From: Ruditapes philippinarum | Lineage: Eukaryota | Direction: 5' to 3' | Assembly (NCBI RefSeq): GCF_026571515.1 | Contig: NW_026866144.1 | Coordinates: forward strand, 1-64,000 | DNA length: 64,000 bases | Shown: positions 12,262 through 24,600 of the stretch, piece by piece | Numbering within the stretch: position 1 is the stretch's first letter | Layout of the letters: every line of letters begins with the position of its first letter | Notes under the pieces: model-generated | Database searches by the model: none | What the model was told of the DNA's origin: nothing | What the model saw: the letters and a program-made list of their open reading frames with translations, nothing else | Position numbers and translations under genes: made by a program

Positions 12262-12502
12262 TTTGAGCCGTGTCACGACAAAACCAACATAATGGGTTTG
12301 CGATCAGCATGGATCCAGACCAGCCTGCGCATCTGCGCAGTCTGATCAGGATCCATGCTGTTCGCTTACAAACCCTATAACAAGTAGAGAAACTGATAGC
12401 GAACAGCATGGATCCTGATCAGACTGCGCGGATGCGCAGGCTGGTCTGGATCCATGCTGGTCGCAAACCCATTATGTTGGTTTTGTCATGACACGGCTTA
12501 TT
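12262..12502. mobile_element. ~240 bp palindromic MITE-like element, full copy
   Basis: Same family as 8565-8805; the loop is in the opposite orientation. Confidence 0.9.
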
Positions 12503-13863
12503 TGTAGCTTGTTTGTATGCCTATAGTTATATGACAGAGTTGAAAAGAATTTCTATAGACAAAATATTCACCAATAAAAATTAGGGATTCTAACAAAAAA
12601 GTATAAATAGAGTTATTTTATCTTTATACTATTTTTTTGGAATTAAGCGCAAAATTTAAAAATAAGGTACATCATAAACTTGTGAATTTAAACTTTATCA
12701 AAACCAAGACACAAACTCGCTTGTCCAAGTCTCGTTAATGTCAAGCTATCTCTTCCTATGTAACAGTGCAGGTATATTATAAAACTATAAGATATACTAA
12801 CCTTCTATGCAATTTAACAGAATCACTGTTATCCATATAAAAATACTACTTTTTTGTTTTGCGTAAAGTTCCATGTCTGTGTCTTTACATTTGGAATATA
12901 ACGGTTTCCCTTTATTATTACTTAATTACTTTTTAAAATCACATTATCTTTGTATTATCACTTTCAGGTTTTCTCATCTGTGAGTTATAATCAATTCAGT
13001 TTTTTTTCAACTTTGTAATTTCAAATTATATAATTTTCCATAATTTTGTCTGTGATTTATTTCTTCTTTTTTGTGTTATTGTTATTGTTATTGACTCTTC
13101 TCTTTTCCGCAGATTAAATTAAATAATAGATGTTTTTTTAAATTGTAGATATTTTTTTAATATAAATAATGATATTTTTCAACAAAACTGCATAAGTATT
13201 ATTTCATATGTATTCTCTAAGAAATACTCAGTCTAATTTGGTTGCTTCCTTTAACTTATATGTTTTATATATTCGCATTAAACATTTGCCTTACTTTGTT
13301 AAGCATGTTACGTAGCCAAACAAAAGCAGATACGACACTGTCAATCAAGATAGACCGACATAAGTGCCTTTTTGTAAATACCACCCGCCCTCTTTCTATT
13401 CAACCACCCATACAATTGATGCGGGCAATGTGTTTAGATACCTTCGACATTAATTAGTAGCTAAATCAATCACCCGCCTCCCTTAGGCACGTCGTGTGAC
13501 ATTTCACAACTTCAATGTTTGTCTGCCCGTCTTAAGAGGTTCCTTTTTTCTTTCGGACATTTTTACTTATAAATATAAGGATATAGAAATTCTAAAACCG
13601 GCTAATATTACGGAGAACAAATTAAAAGATGCTTGCTTTGAAAAACCGAACCTTTGATGTGTTTTTAGAAGCATTTATAGATCAAGGTATATAAAAGATA
13701 AGTGTTTATATAGACTAAGCGCCCATTTTTAAAAGGCGTTTTAAGCAATATTTGTTGATGATAATTGGAAACGAAAACTGGAATGTGATGTTGATTTTCT
13801 TAAACCAAATCTAGACAGTAAATAAGAGCTATTTGTGTTGTTGTTGTGACTCTTGCTGCTGCA

Positions 13864-13880
13864 GATGGTGATGATGATGG

Positions 13881-13912
<32 letters not shown>

Positions 13913-13922
13913 ATGATGATGA
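13864..13922. repeat. (GAT/GGT)n microsatellite
   Basis: Direct reading. Confidence 0.9.
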
Positions 13923-15317
13923 CTTTTGTGAATATGTAATATTGATAACATAGTATATGCATATTTACAAACTTAAGATATTTCTATAGTTCGTATATAT
14001 TCCATATCAACAACAGCAATTATGATGTCAGGTATATTCTATCTCATGAGTTAGTTACATGCGCATATTTATGAACTGACATGAAGCTTGCAAATCTATG
14101 TTTCTACGATAATTGACAAGTATCAAACAACATCCAGATGATTGCTCTTAAAGCTCCTAACCTATTGGATTGTACAGATTCCTTTTTCGGAACTGTTCGT
14201 TAACGGTTTAAAGCACCGATGTACAGGAATGTATGGCTCGTTAACAGGCCAAATGTCTTATAATGGTGACAAAGCCTTAATCATTATCTGTTCTAGCAAA
14301 ATGAATATGAAATCTGAAACAATATGTGCAAGAAAATAAATATTACGGAAATATTTGTTATAATTTGTAATAGTTATATAATTTACCTAACCTATCTTTT
14401 TTCAACTTAGCGAAATTAAATTTTATTAAAAGAATTTTATGCAACACCTATTTGATATACCCTGTACTAAAACTTTTCAATACAAAATCTGCTTAGTCAT
14501 TCATTCTATGGAGTATCAAATTCTGTTTTTAAGACATTTGGCCTGTTGACGAACCATTATTGGACAGTTTGTAGTCAAAGTGTTAAGATTTTCCTTAGCG
14601 TCATCTTCAGGGGTGTTGACAAGTAGATGACAGCAACTTGACCTCTTGGTTGTTACTGAAAGAATACTTGTAACGCTGTTTCATGCTACTCCTGTAATAA
14701 TAAGTGTACACATTGTATAGTTAAGCTGAGTATCATTGACTTAGACCTTAATTTGAATGTTATTACCGTTTATTGTAATATCGTCCGCGTCCCAGTTTGT
14801 CTCGCAATCGCATCTCCTCGGCTCTTTCCGTCAAACTTCGGATAAGAACTATTATGAATAATAGCCAAGATGCTGCGATTGTTTGTCTCGCTGTCTCAAA
14901 ATATTCGGTAGGGAATGAAAAGTTATCGTAACAGGCATCAGTTTTTCTTGTTTATTTTAATTATAATCAATATCAAAAATTATTAAATGGCATGTAATTA
15001 TCATATGTAATTATCATATAATCAAAAGAACATTGTAATTCTTTTAAATTCAAATTTAAAAAGTGAGTGCATATTCAATTCAAGAATGAATGAATAAAAA
15101 AAATTGCATAAGAAGTACAACTCTGAGTCGATATAAATTTAATTAAAAGCATTTTTCCAGCTTAAATTCGAATTTTGTTGTACGAATATATTGTATCCTG
15201 AGAACAAAGATTATGGAACATCAGTATATTCTACAGTGTGGTGAAGTGAAGCTAAGCAATTTTGAAATGTTTATACTTATATAACATTTATTCAGTTATA
15301 TAGATAAAGATAAAAAC

Positions 15318-15458
15318 AGAATTCCTTAAAAAAAATCCAACACGTCAAAATTGATAATGTAGCAGACTCAATTTAATTGAGCATTTTCATAGACGGTAGA
15401 AGTAACTGCAAGCTACCTTCCTCGCCCCCCCCCCCAGCACCGGCTTAAGCAGAATGCA
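15318..15458 (-). repeat. Dispersed hairpin-rich repeat family, copy 3
   Basis: gcagactcaatttaattgagc...agacggtag...ccccagcaccggcttaagcagaat matches copies 2 and 4. Confidence 0.7.
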
Positions 15459-15879
15459 TTTTTAGGTACTATGTTAACCTTAAAGTTTCTTAAATGAAGA
15501 AATGAAAATTGTAATGGACAGTCTACTACCTTCTTATATCCTTAAAATTTTAATATATACTATCTTTATAGTGGTGATATTATTGTTGTGGTTACTGCCG
15601 AATCTTTTGGAAAATGCAAATCAAAACATAAATATTTTTCAGAGGTGTTGTTTGTTTGTTGTTGTTGTTGTTTTTGTTTGTTTGGGGTTGTTTTTGTTTG
15701 TTTGTGTTTTTTCAGTATTTTTTTTCAATAATAGTATTTTGTGAAGCTCGGTACTAAAAATACTGGAATCTCATATTTTAATGAAACACCTTTAAAGGGC
15801 GTTTATTTAAGTTTGTCAATGAAGCTCTACGAGCGGTGCATCGTCATACACAATTAAAATTTGTTTGCTTTTGAAGTAA

Positions 15880-16878
15880 AGTGGTCCATAATGGACGATC
15901 TGTTACCATAAATAATAATGTTGATAGTATTTAGCATCACGTGTGGTAACAAAGCTCTAGTTCTTTGTGTTGTTTTCTTAAAGAGGATTTTTTAAGTTTT
16001 TTACTATATACATTATAAGGAAAATGAAAGACCGCCCGGGACAGGGTCAATTTTAATCCAAGGGCTTTTTTTAACAAACTTGATAGACACTAACTAGAAG
16101 ATGTGTCATGCTGAATATCTAAGCTCTAGCTATTTGTTCTTTTTGTTTCGTTTTTTTTAAAGAAGCTTTTTTTTTACTATATACATATAAGGAAAATCAA
16201 CGATCCCTTGGGGGCCAATTTTGACCTCAGGGCTTTTATTTGAACAAAATTGGAAGACACTCACTAGAAGTTGTTTCTTGCTCTAGCTATTTGGGTTTTT
16301 AAAAGAAGATATTTTTTGTTTTTACTATATACATATAAGGAAAATCAACGACCCCCGGTGGCCAATTTTGACCCCAGGGCTTTTATTTGAACAAACTTAG
16401 TAGACACTCACTAGAAGATGCTTCATGCTATATACCTAAGCTCTAGCTATTTAGGTTTTATTTTTTTTTAAGGATTTTTTAGTAAATACATATACATAGA
16501 AGTTTTTACTAAAAGGAACATCAATGACCACCAAGTTGGAGCCAATTTTGACCACAGGGCTTTTATTACAACACTTGGTAGACATTTACTAGAAAATGTT
16601 TCATGCCAAATGTCTAAGCTCTAGCTCTTTGGGTTTTTTTAAGAAGATTTTTTTAAGTTTTTTTCCTTCAAATGCGCAACCAGCGTTCTGCATGGAATTA
16701 AATTCTTTGAACTAATGTTTAAAGGTGACCACCAAAGGAACATCCCTCTGAAGTTTGGATAAGGAGATGTCGTTTAAAGTAAAAGTTTACGGACGGTCGA
16801 CGGACAGACGGACGGACGCCGGACGAATTGTGATCACAAAATCTCACCTTGTCACTTTGTGACAGATGAGCTAAAAAT
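15880..16878 (+). mobile_element. Non-autonomous Helentron/HINE-like (pearl-type) element carrying ~4 tandem 150-180 bp satellite units
   Basis: Repeated caattttgacc..agggctttt..ctaagctctagct units, a (GGAC/AGAC)n tract at ~16789-16826, and a terminal hairpin ctcacc-ttgtcac-tttgtgaca-gatgag before an A run. The 5' end is approximate. Confidence 0.7.
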
Positions 16879-19800
16879 GATGCATTCTGTTGTTTTCTTT
16901 ATTTAAAATACTTGTCCATTTTAGACCTGTTTATTTTAGTATTATAATTAGTATTTTGGTATTTTCCTTTAAAAGAATTGCAATTTTCTAGTTTTGAAAT
17001 CCAAATCCATTCTGTTAACGTGCCTGCCCGCTTATAATTCGTGGGGGAAGGTACGATCCTCAACAGAAGCGGAATTTCTTAGTGATCACGGACAGTGAAT
17101 ATAATGGTCATTTGGGTCTCATCGCTGATTCAGAAATCATCTAGGATAGTCGGATTACGGATGAAGGAAGAAATAAGAATTAGCAAATACTGGGGATCGC
17201 CGAAATATTACCAGAAATGTCAAGAGTAAACAAACAAAAGAGAGAAAAAACCATCTGTTTACGCACATACCTTTGTCATTGTTCATCTGTATTCAAAATA
17301 AATCTTTACGTAATAGCAGAATGAGTAAGACAGTAGATATAATGAATTTTTAAATTCTGTAAGAAATTCTAGCACATCTTAAACTTGTTTCATAAAAAGG
17401 CACAAGTTTTTTAAGTCAAGTCGCGGGTGTTTGTTTTTGGGGAATAAACTTTTCACTTTCGAAAAGACATTGTTCTTGTTTAAATGTCTAATATCAACTT
17501 GTACATTTAAAATACATAAGGTCCATCGGAATATTAACTTTCCCAGTGTTTTTTTTATTCTGGTCAATCTTTAAAGTTAGGCAACCAGTGCGTCTCTAGC
17601 GTTCAATATTATTATTCCAAGTACCTGTACCTGACGAGTGTTAACAATTAAGATATATGAAAGTCTTTATAAGCTTAAATCTTATAAACTCACCCCGATG
17701 ATTTACCTAAACTGTGACCGTTAGCCGAACATTTTGATCAGTTTGATTCTCAATCGCGGCAACATTAATTTGATTGCCGAGAACGNNNNNNNNNNNNNNN
17801 NNNNNNNNNNNNNNNNNNNNNNNNNNNNNNNNNNNNNNNNNNNNNNNNNNNNNNNNNNNNNNNNNNNNNNNNNNNNNNNNNNNNNNNNNNNNNNNNNNNN
17901 NNNNNNNNNNNNNNNNNNNNNNNNNNNNTTTTTTTCTCCATTTCTCGTTTTAATCATTATTTTATTAACAAAAATAACATTTCAATATTATGAATGTGTA
18001 TAAAGTGAAACGTGAATTGCGACTGAATTGACCTAGTGACTTATTATGTCTGACCGAATACTAGGCTACATCTAGATTACCTTAACATGACCTCTTAAGC
18101 ATTTAAAATACTATTGTTGACAACATTCGCAAAGAAATGTAAATAAATAATAGAAATTAATGATACTATATTTATAAAACTACTCACTGCGTAATAAAAA
18201 ATGACATAATATTGACGTACTTGGCCGAAATTTGTCAACCTAACAACCGCCGAATATAATCCGTAAATAATAGACTCAAACTTCATCGTTGTCAAGGCTA
18301 GTCTGGGCATAAAAATTTCATGGCAATTTTAAGTGGATCAAGTAAAGTTGCATACCTCCGGATGAGCCTCAATATTTCAAGAAAAATAAACTTGAGAATT
18401 TTTTTTTAAAAATTTCTAAAAGATTTTTAGAAAAGTAAAAAAAATCAAGATTCAATTTGCACATATTATGTGCGATAAAAGATCGATTTTGCACTTTTTA
18501 TCACCATGTTTCTACTGCGTGACTAACGCAGAAAGGGATTCTTTGCTTATTTAGACCTCTCTTTGGTAATTTTCGTGGATTGCAAGAGCCTTTTGCGCTT
18601 GGTTGGCTACAGTATTTTACTTTTAAATATATTCTGAAATATTTTTATAAAAAATAAGCATGAATAAGGAGGCATAATACTAAATAACTGTTTATATTAT
18701 ATTTTGATTTATATTGTTTGTATAATGCATACCACGAAATTATTATTTTGTTATGTTCTGTCCTGTTCTGTTTAATGAAACAAAAGTAAAGCTGATGAAT
18801 TTATTTATGTATTTTGAGCTGATAGTGAAAAGTTATAATTAAATCAAGCTCAACTGAATATTCGGTAAACGAAATAGTCGGTAAACGAACTTTAAAGTTT
18901 AGGTTCGGAAGGAATTTGGTTACATTTTGTACTGTATCATCGGATGTCGCAAAGTGCATCTCCCTTTGGCCCTGTAAAATATCTATTGGAGACTCCATGT
19001 AGAGATTGAAATATCTTGTCCTTAAATACCATTTGAAGTGAATAAATAAACCTGTTAAGCTGTTTTGTTGATTGACTGGTGCGAACAAAAGGACAGATAA
19101 CACCCTTTTTAAGATTGAAAGGAGAGGACTTTACATAATTACGTTAAAATGAATGAAACCTGCGGTACAAATACTTAGTATCTGGAATGAAACATTAAAC
19201 ACGGTTTCAAATGTCTGTCGAATTAATAGGCAATTTGTCAATTTATTAAAATTAACGAAAAAAAGAGAACTTAAAAACATTGTAGTTTAACTGTCTTAAT
19301 CACGGCTAAACAGATATTACTCCGCGTATTCCTTTGAAGCGCTCACGTTCTGCAAACATGTTTTAATTTGTTATGAATTTTAAGAAGAACACTTTCCTCT
19401 CTTTAATATGTCCTAAGCAGGTGCACTATATACTTCAGTTTCAATGACCGCTTATTTAAATCTTTTTAAATGTCTAATCAAATTTAAATTCAACAATGAT
19501 TTGAATTTAATTCCATAGTATCAACTCGTTTGAATGTATGCAAAAAAGTGCGCGGTATTGAAATAAAAGAACACCCAATAATTTAATGAATATTGAAATA
19601 ACATGCAAAATAAATAGCATTGTTACACGGCCTGCATTTTATGTATTCTCTTAATCACGGAGTTGGTGATAATTCTTTTTATATTTATTTCAGCAAATAT
19701 AACCCCAAATAAAGAGAGGCAAGAAGATTGAGGCTAAAATATTGAGTTTCCTTTGATCCAAGGTGTACATTGGAAAAAAGATTTAAAAAAAATCCTCCTT

Positions 19801-20074
19801 AGTATATAAACGATATTTAAAAAAAAAGTAAAATTTAAAGAATAACGTCGGGTAGAAAGAAACACAGCCGATTTTTCTTCACCGTATATTGCTAACTCTC
19901 TTATATGAAAAAGGGGAGGGGTTCGGTGACGTCCACAGATAAAATCATATGGTCCCTGGTCGACCAATGATAAAATTTACACTTTATAATGTTTAATTAC
20001 ACCGTGCATTTTTAATAGCATTACAAAACATCCATTAGAATAACCACATGCCTCGGAAAAACACATGTTATTCT

Positions 20075-20122
20075 ATGTATGTATGTATGTACGTATGTAC
20101 GTATGTACGTACGTACGTATGT
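20075..20122. repeat. (TATG/TACG)n microsatellite
   Basis: Direct reading. Confidence 0.85.
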
Positions 20123-21676
20123 ACAGTGAATTTGAATTGCCAGTGGAAGATGACAATGGTTTTACCAAGGTAGCTGGGATTGATTAACAAAAGAAAACCA
20201 CATGCGTACAATTCCATCTTGATAGAATAGATTATATAATCTGTTAGATTTAAAACCAAGTCTTATGTTATTATCAAATTGATACAATAGTAATTTCACA
20301 TAATAAGATAATCGCTTTGTTGACATTAATACCGGAAAAAACTAGTGACTTTATCCTTGACTTTAATTTCGTCAAGAGTCCAAAATAGGTTACAAAATAA
20401 TATAGGACATGTGTCCGGCTGCCTTGGCTTCTGGGATATGAGAAAACTTTGTTCATGATATCTTAACGACAAAACGATGCATTACAGTTTTATCGTCACG
20501 GCTATGCTAGTTTTACAAAAACAAACACACATATTATGAGACAGATTGATAATATCTGTGTACGCATGACATATATACATATAAGACTTATTTATGCATT
20601 CGCCTTAATATATGACTAAAAGAAACAGAATTCGTTTGTCACATTTATAAGAAGTATTTTTGGTACGGCCTCAAAAGAATTGTTGAATTTTTATCAGTTT
20701 GTTTTTCTTTTTTCCGTTTAATTACACACAGGTTTTTCCCATTTCTAACACAGAATGTTTCCACATTTCTAATACAGATTAAATAAACGCTAATAAAAAG
20801 ATTGTTTTAAAGTTACCTATAACTATAACTTTCTATTCAAAACGTTAACACTTATAATTATAATAATCAACATTTTATTAAATAAATCATTTTCATATAA
20901 CAAACATTAACAAAATTATGTGCGTTATTAATAAAAAGATCAACAAATAGAATAACTAAAACATATATTTGTACACTAGCGAACTCTTAATAAGAACATC
21001 AACATAAGAAATCAAATTATTTAAAAATTGCAAGCACATTGTTAAAGTTAAGACATAATAATTTAAAGACAACAGTATGTTTTTAAAGGATGTATTACTT
21101 GCAGCCATGTCAAACAAAGTTGTCATAACTTTGAAATACATTACGTGCATCGCATTTTTTTTTATTAAAAGTACATTAAAGTTTTGAATGATTTATGATG
21201 TTTAGATTCCATCTGTTACATTTTATTTCAGATAAATTCGAAAATGACAAAACATAGGTTTGAAACGGTCAATTAATACCAAGTTGACGCAAACTTACTA
21301 ATTGCTTTTTCCAATTAAAATCATTGTAAACACATAATGATACCGTTGTCGTGATTTTCGTGCTATATTTGGAGAATGTAAACTCAATTTGTAATCACGA
21401 CTGTATCTGTCTTCAACGGCAGCCTCCATGCCTCCATTTAGTGTCGTTGCAAAGTAAACACTATAGGGCCTGTGTAAATTAGAGGAACCAGGAAGAAGGA
21501 AAATCTTTGTTTTTCTTAATAACTCTCTTTTACAAATTCTTTGCACGTCAAATAAACGACTAGTACGCGTTCAATCTTACACACATTTTGCATTAAATGT
21601 AGCAATTAGCATAGTAAATCATAATTAAAGCCACAAAATAAATAGCATTTTTATAATGATCAGTTTGAATGGAACT

Positions 21677-24600
21677 TCATTTCTTTCCAATTTCTGCTGT
21701 TTCAGTTCCATTCATCTTTATAGGTGTGTCTTGTTTTCGTGATGACAAATTCATAACAGATTCACTAACAACTTCTATATTTGTACGTATTGTTGGTTTG
21801 ACCGGCGTAATCACACGTTCTTGGTCTATGTTGTTGAGTACCGATGGTGTGAGGCCATTAACTTTGACATTATTACTTTGACTTAACTCAACATCACCAA
21901 AAGCCGTGTTCTGATCACTTGGTTTTGGACCTTTTGCTAACAAACCTGACAGCAAGTTTGTATGACTCGCGTTGAATGATGTCCTCAGTGCTCTTTTGCA
22001 TTGATATAAGATGGTTATCTTTTCCTTGTCTTTGTCACTAAGATATTCCCGTTGTCCAACTTTCGTCTCATCGACACCTGGTTGTAATATTCTTATAGTG
22101 TTGTACAACCTGGCAAATTTGGAGAACTGGTTGATTTTATAGTGCATGATTGAATAGTAGTCGTACGGAGTAAGGAGTTTAGTGTTAGAATTCTTGTCGA
22201 AATCATGATCGTGACCTGAAATGGTAAAGCAAAACCTTGTTAAAGATAATTATTTATCTTTACCAAGTAAGCAAGTGTTGTATTATAAATTTTATTAACA
22301 AACTATGTTAATATATTACAATAAATGTCATGAAATGTTATTATTTAAATGTAATTTAAAGATATTTCAAACAATTACTGTATCAATAATTTACGGCTTA
22401 CACAAATAAGAATAGAAACAATCGTATAAATTATGTAAAGGATTTTATTTTCATTTTTTCTTTATGGTAACTTATTTATTTTTGTCTTTCCACAATCATG
22501 TACACAAATGCTATTTAATTATGCTCCTAACTACTATGAGTTGCATTGAAAACCATCAGTAAAATAATTTGGATTATGTTTTAAAGTATTTATTCCTTAG
22601 TCATAAAATATAGTTTGTATTATATTATTATGACAATGTTTTAAAGGTATCAAACATGATCTCATATTTTGGCCTGTATATTTTCATTATTACTATTTTT
22701 AAATAGGGAAATCCCTTCAGCAGAAGGAGAAAAAAGCATTGTTCATGTACCGACGTAATTGGTATGCAGTCCTCAAAAAATAAGCTATTTCAAAGGGACA
22801 GACAAATATAGTAGGTTCCGTGCAGTAAGATCATGGTCTCCACTGGTTGCTATTCACTCAGTACATATTTTGATATTTTCTCTACAATGATATATGGTGT
22901 TGTCAATATTGCAAGATATAATGGCAATAATAGATGTTAAGCATAGAAAGGATAAATATACCTGCTCGGACATTGTGGTAAATTATTTCTATATAATTGT
23001 CTCTATCTGTACGGGTATGCTCGTGCCACAATCCTAGCGCATGAAGTAACTCGTGCATAATGATGCCTTTAGAAACACATTCTGATGCTCGAGAAATAGA
23101 GACCGACTGGTTACCTCCCTTCTTCCCAATATCACTTGAGCAACTAAAACAAAACAAAAATGTAATGACGTGCTTGATTTGGCATCTTATAAGTCTCATA
23201 ATGTCCGTGTGTTATAAGAGTTTTATGTGTGTATAAATCCCGGTTCGAGCGGTCACCTGAGTACATATTTTTTAACTTTGTTACGGTGCCTATACCACTT
23301 GACTCTTTTTATCTTTGAAAAGAAAAAACAATATTCTAACATGTTTCAAACTTGTTTATTCTACAGATAGGACAATCAAGTGAATTACAGCAAGATTTAT
23401 GCACAGCATAGGAGAAGAGTACTTTCCCGTCATATGACGTCACATATGACGTCATTCAACCAAAGGACGCCAGGAAAATTACTTCTACGCTCATTGTAGT
23501 TCAACAATTTTTTATCAATCATAAAAGAAAATCTTAACTGAACCGTCTTTTGCTTTCCTTTTCTGACCCACAGAGTTCACAAAATGTCACGTGGCATTTG
23601 TAACTTTTTCAACTAAGTTAAATATGGTGCTGATAAGTTATATTCTTAGTTAGTTCGAAGCCGGGTTCAGTTTTGAACAATTTTATTAAGTCCAGGGAAG
23701 GAAACTAGACTGGGTTGAAATTGTAACACAAACTTCCATACTTATCTAAATTATGTGTTGCTACTTCAAATTTTATTAGGGGAAACATGTACCCATGTCA
23801 AAGATAGCGGTGCTTATCAAATAAACCGTTTCAATATTCACAGCCATATCATTAAAAATTTAAAACTTAACATTTAATTAGTATGCGAATAAATACTCAG
23901 AAATGATTGATTATTTTTAAGTAAAACAAAACACATACTCTAAATTACGGCTATCGATGTATAAGAAGTCTTTGTGCTGTTCTCTAGGTATAAATTGTAT
24001 ACATCTATTAACTCCACTCATAATTTCGTCCATAGCATTAAGGATCGTTTGTTTTTCAGTTGAATCTGTAAATAATATGGAAATAATCAACATTCTTATA
24101 CAATGTATAAGATATTCTTTAAAGCCACTCTGATAATCCCCAACAGAATCTTTGAAGACATACAAGGTAAAGCCGAAATTGATTTGTTTTTGTTTGATTT
24201 TATGGCGCACAAACCCATTTTAGGTTATATGGCTCCGAAATAGGTAAAATAGTTTTGGCTTACTTTTTGTGTTACAAACTTAAAGCACCATCATGTGCCA
24301 AAACAACCTCACCTGCTGGACCCAAGAGATATATAGACTCTAGTAACTCGAACCCATTTAGTCTTGTCTTACGATCACACAGGGATAAAACTCATTGAGA
24401 AAACATACAAGGTAGGCCAAGATTGTGAAGACATACACGACAAGTCATTGTGAAGACATACATTTGTGCAAAACAAGTCGACATTGTGAAATTTACAAGC
24501 CAAGTCATACAAAACAAACCAACATTGTGAAGACAAACAAGACAATTGGAGACTGGGAAGACATACAACAAGGCAATTCGACATGGTGAACACATATAAT

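Noticed and set aside
17020-17240. Possible second SINE family fragment ending in a (CAAA)-like tail
   Set aside because: No recognisable A/B boxes or second copy in the window; insufficient support.
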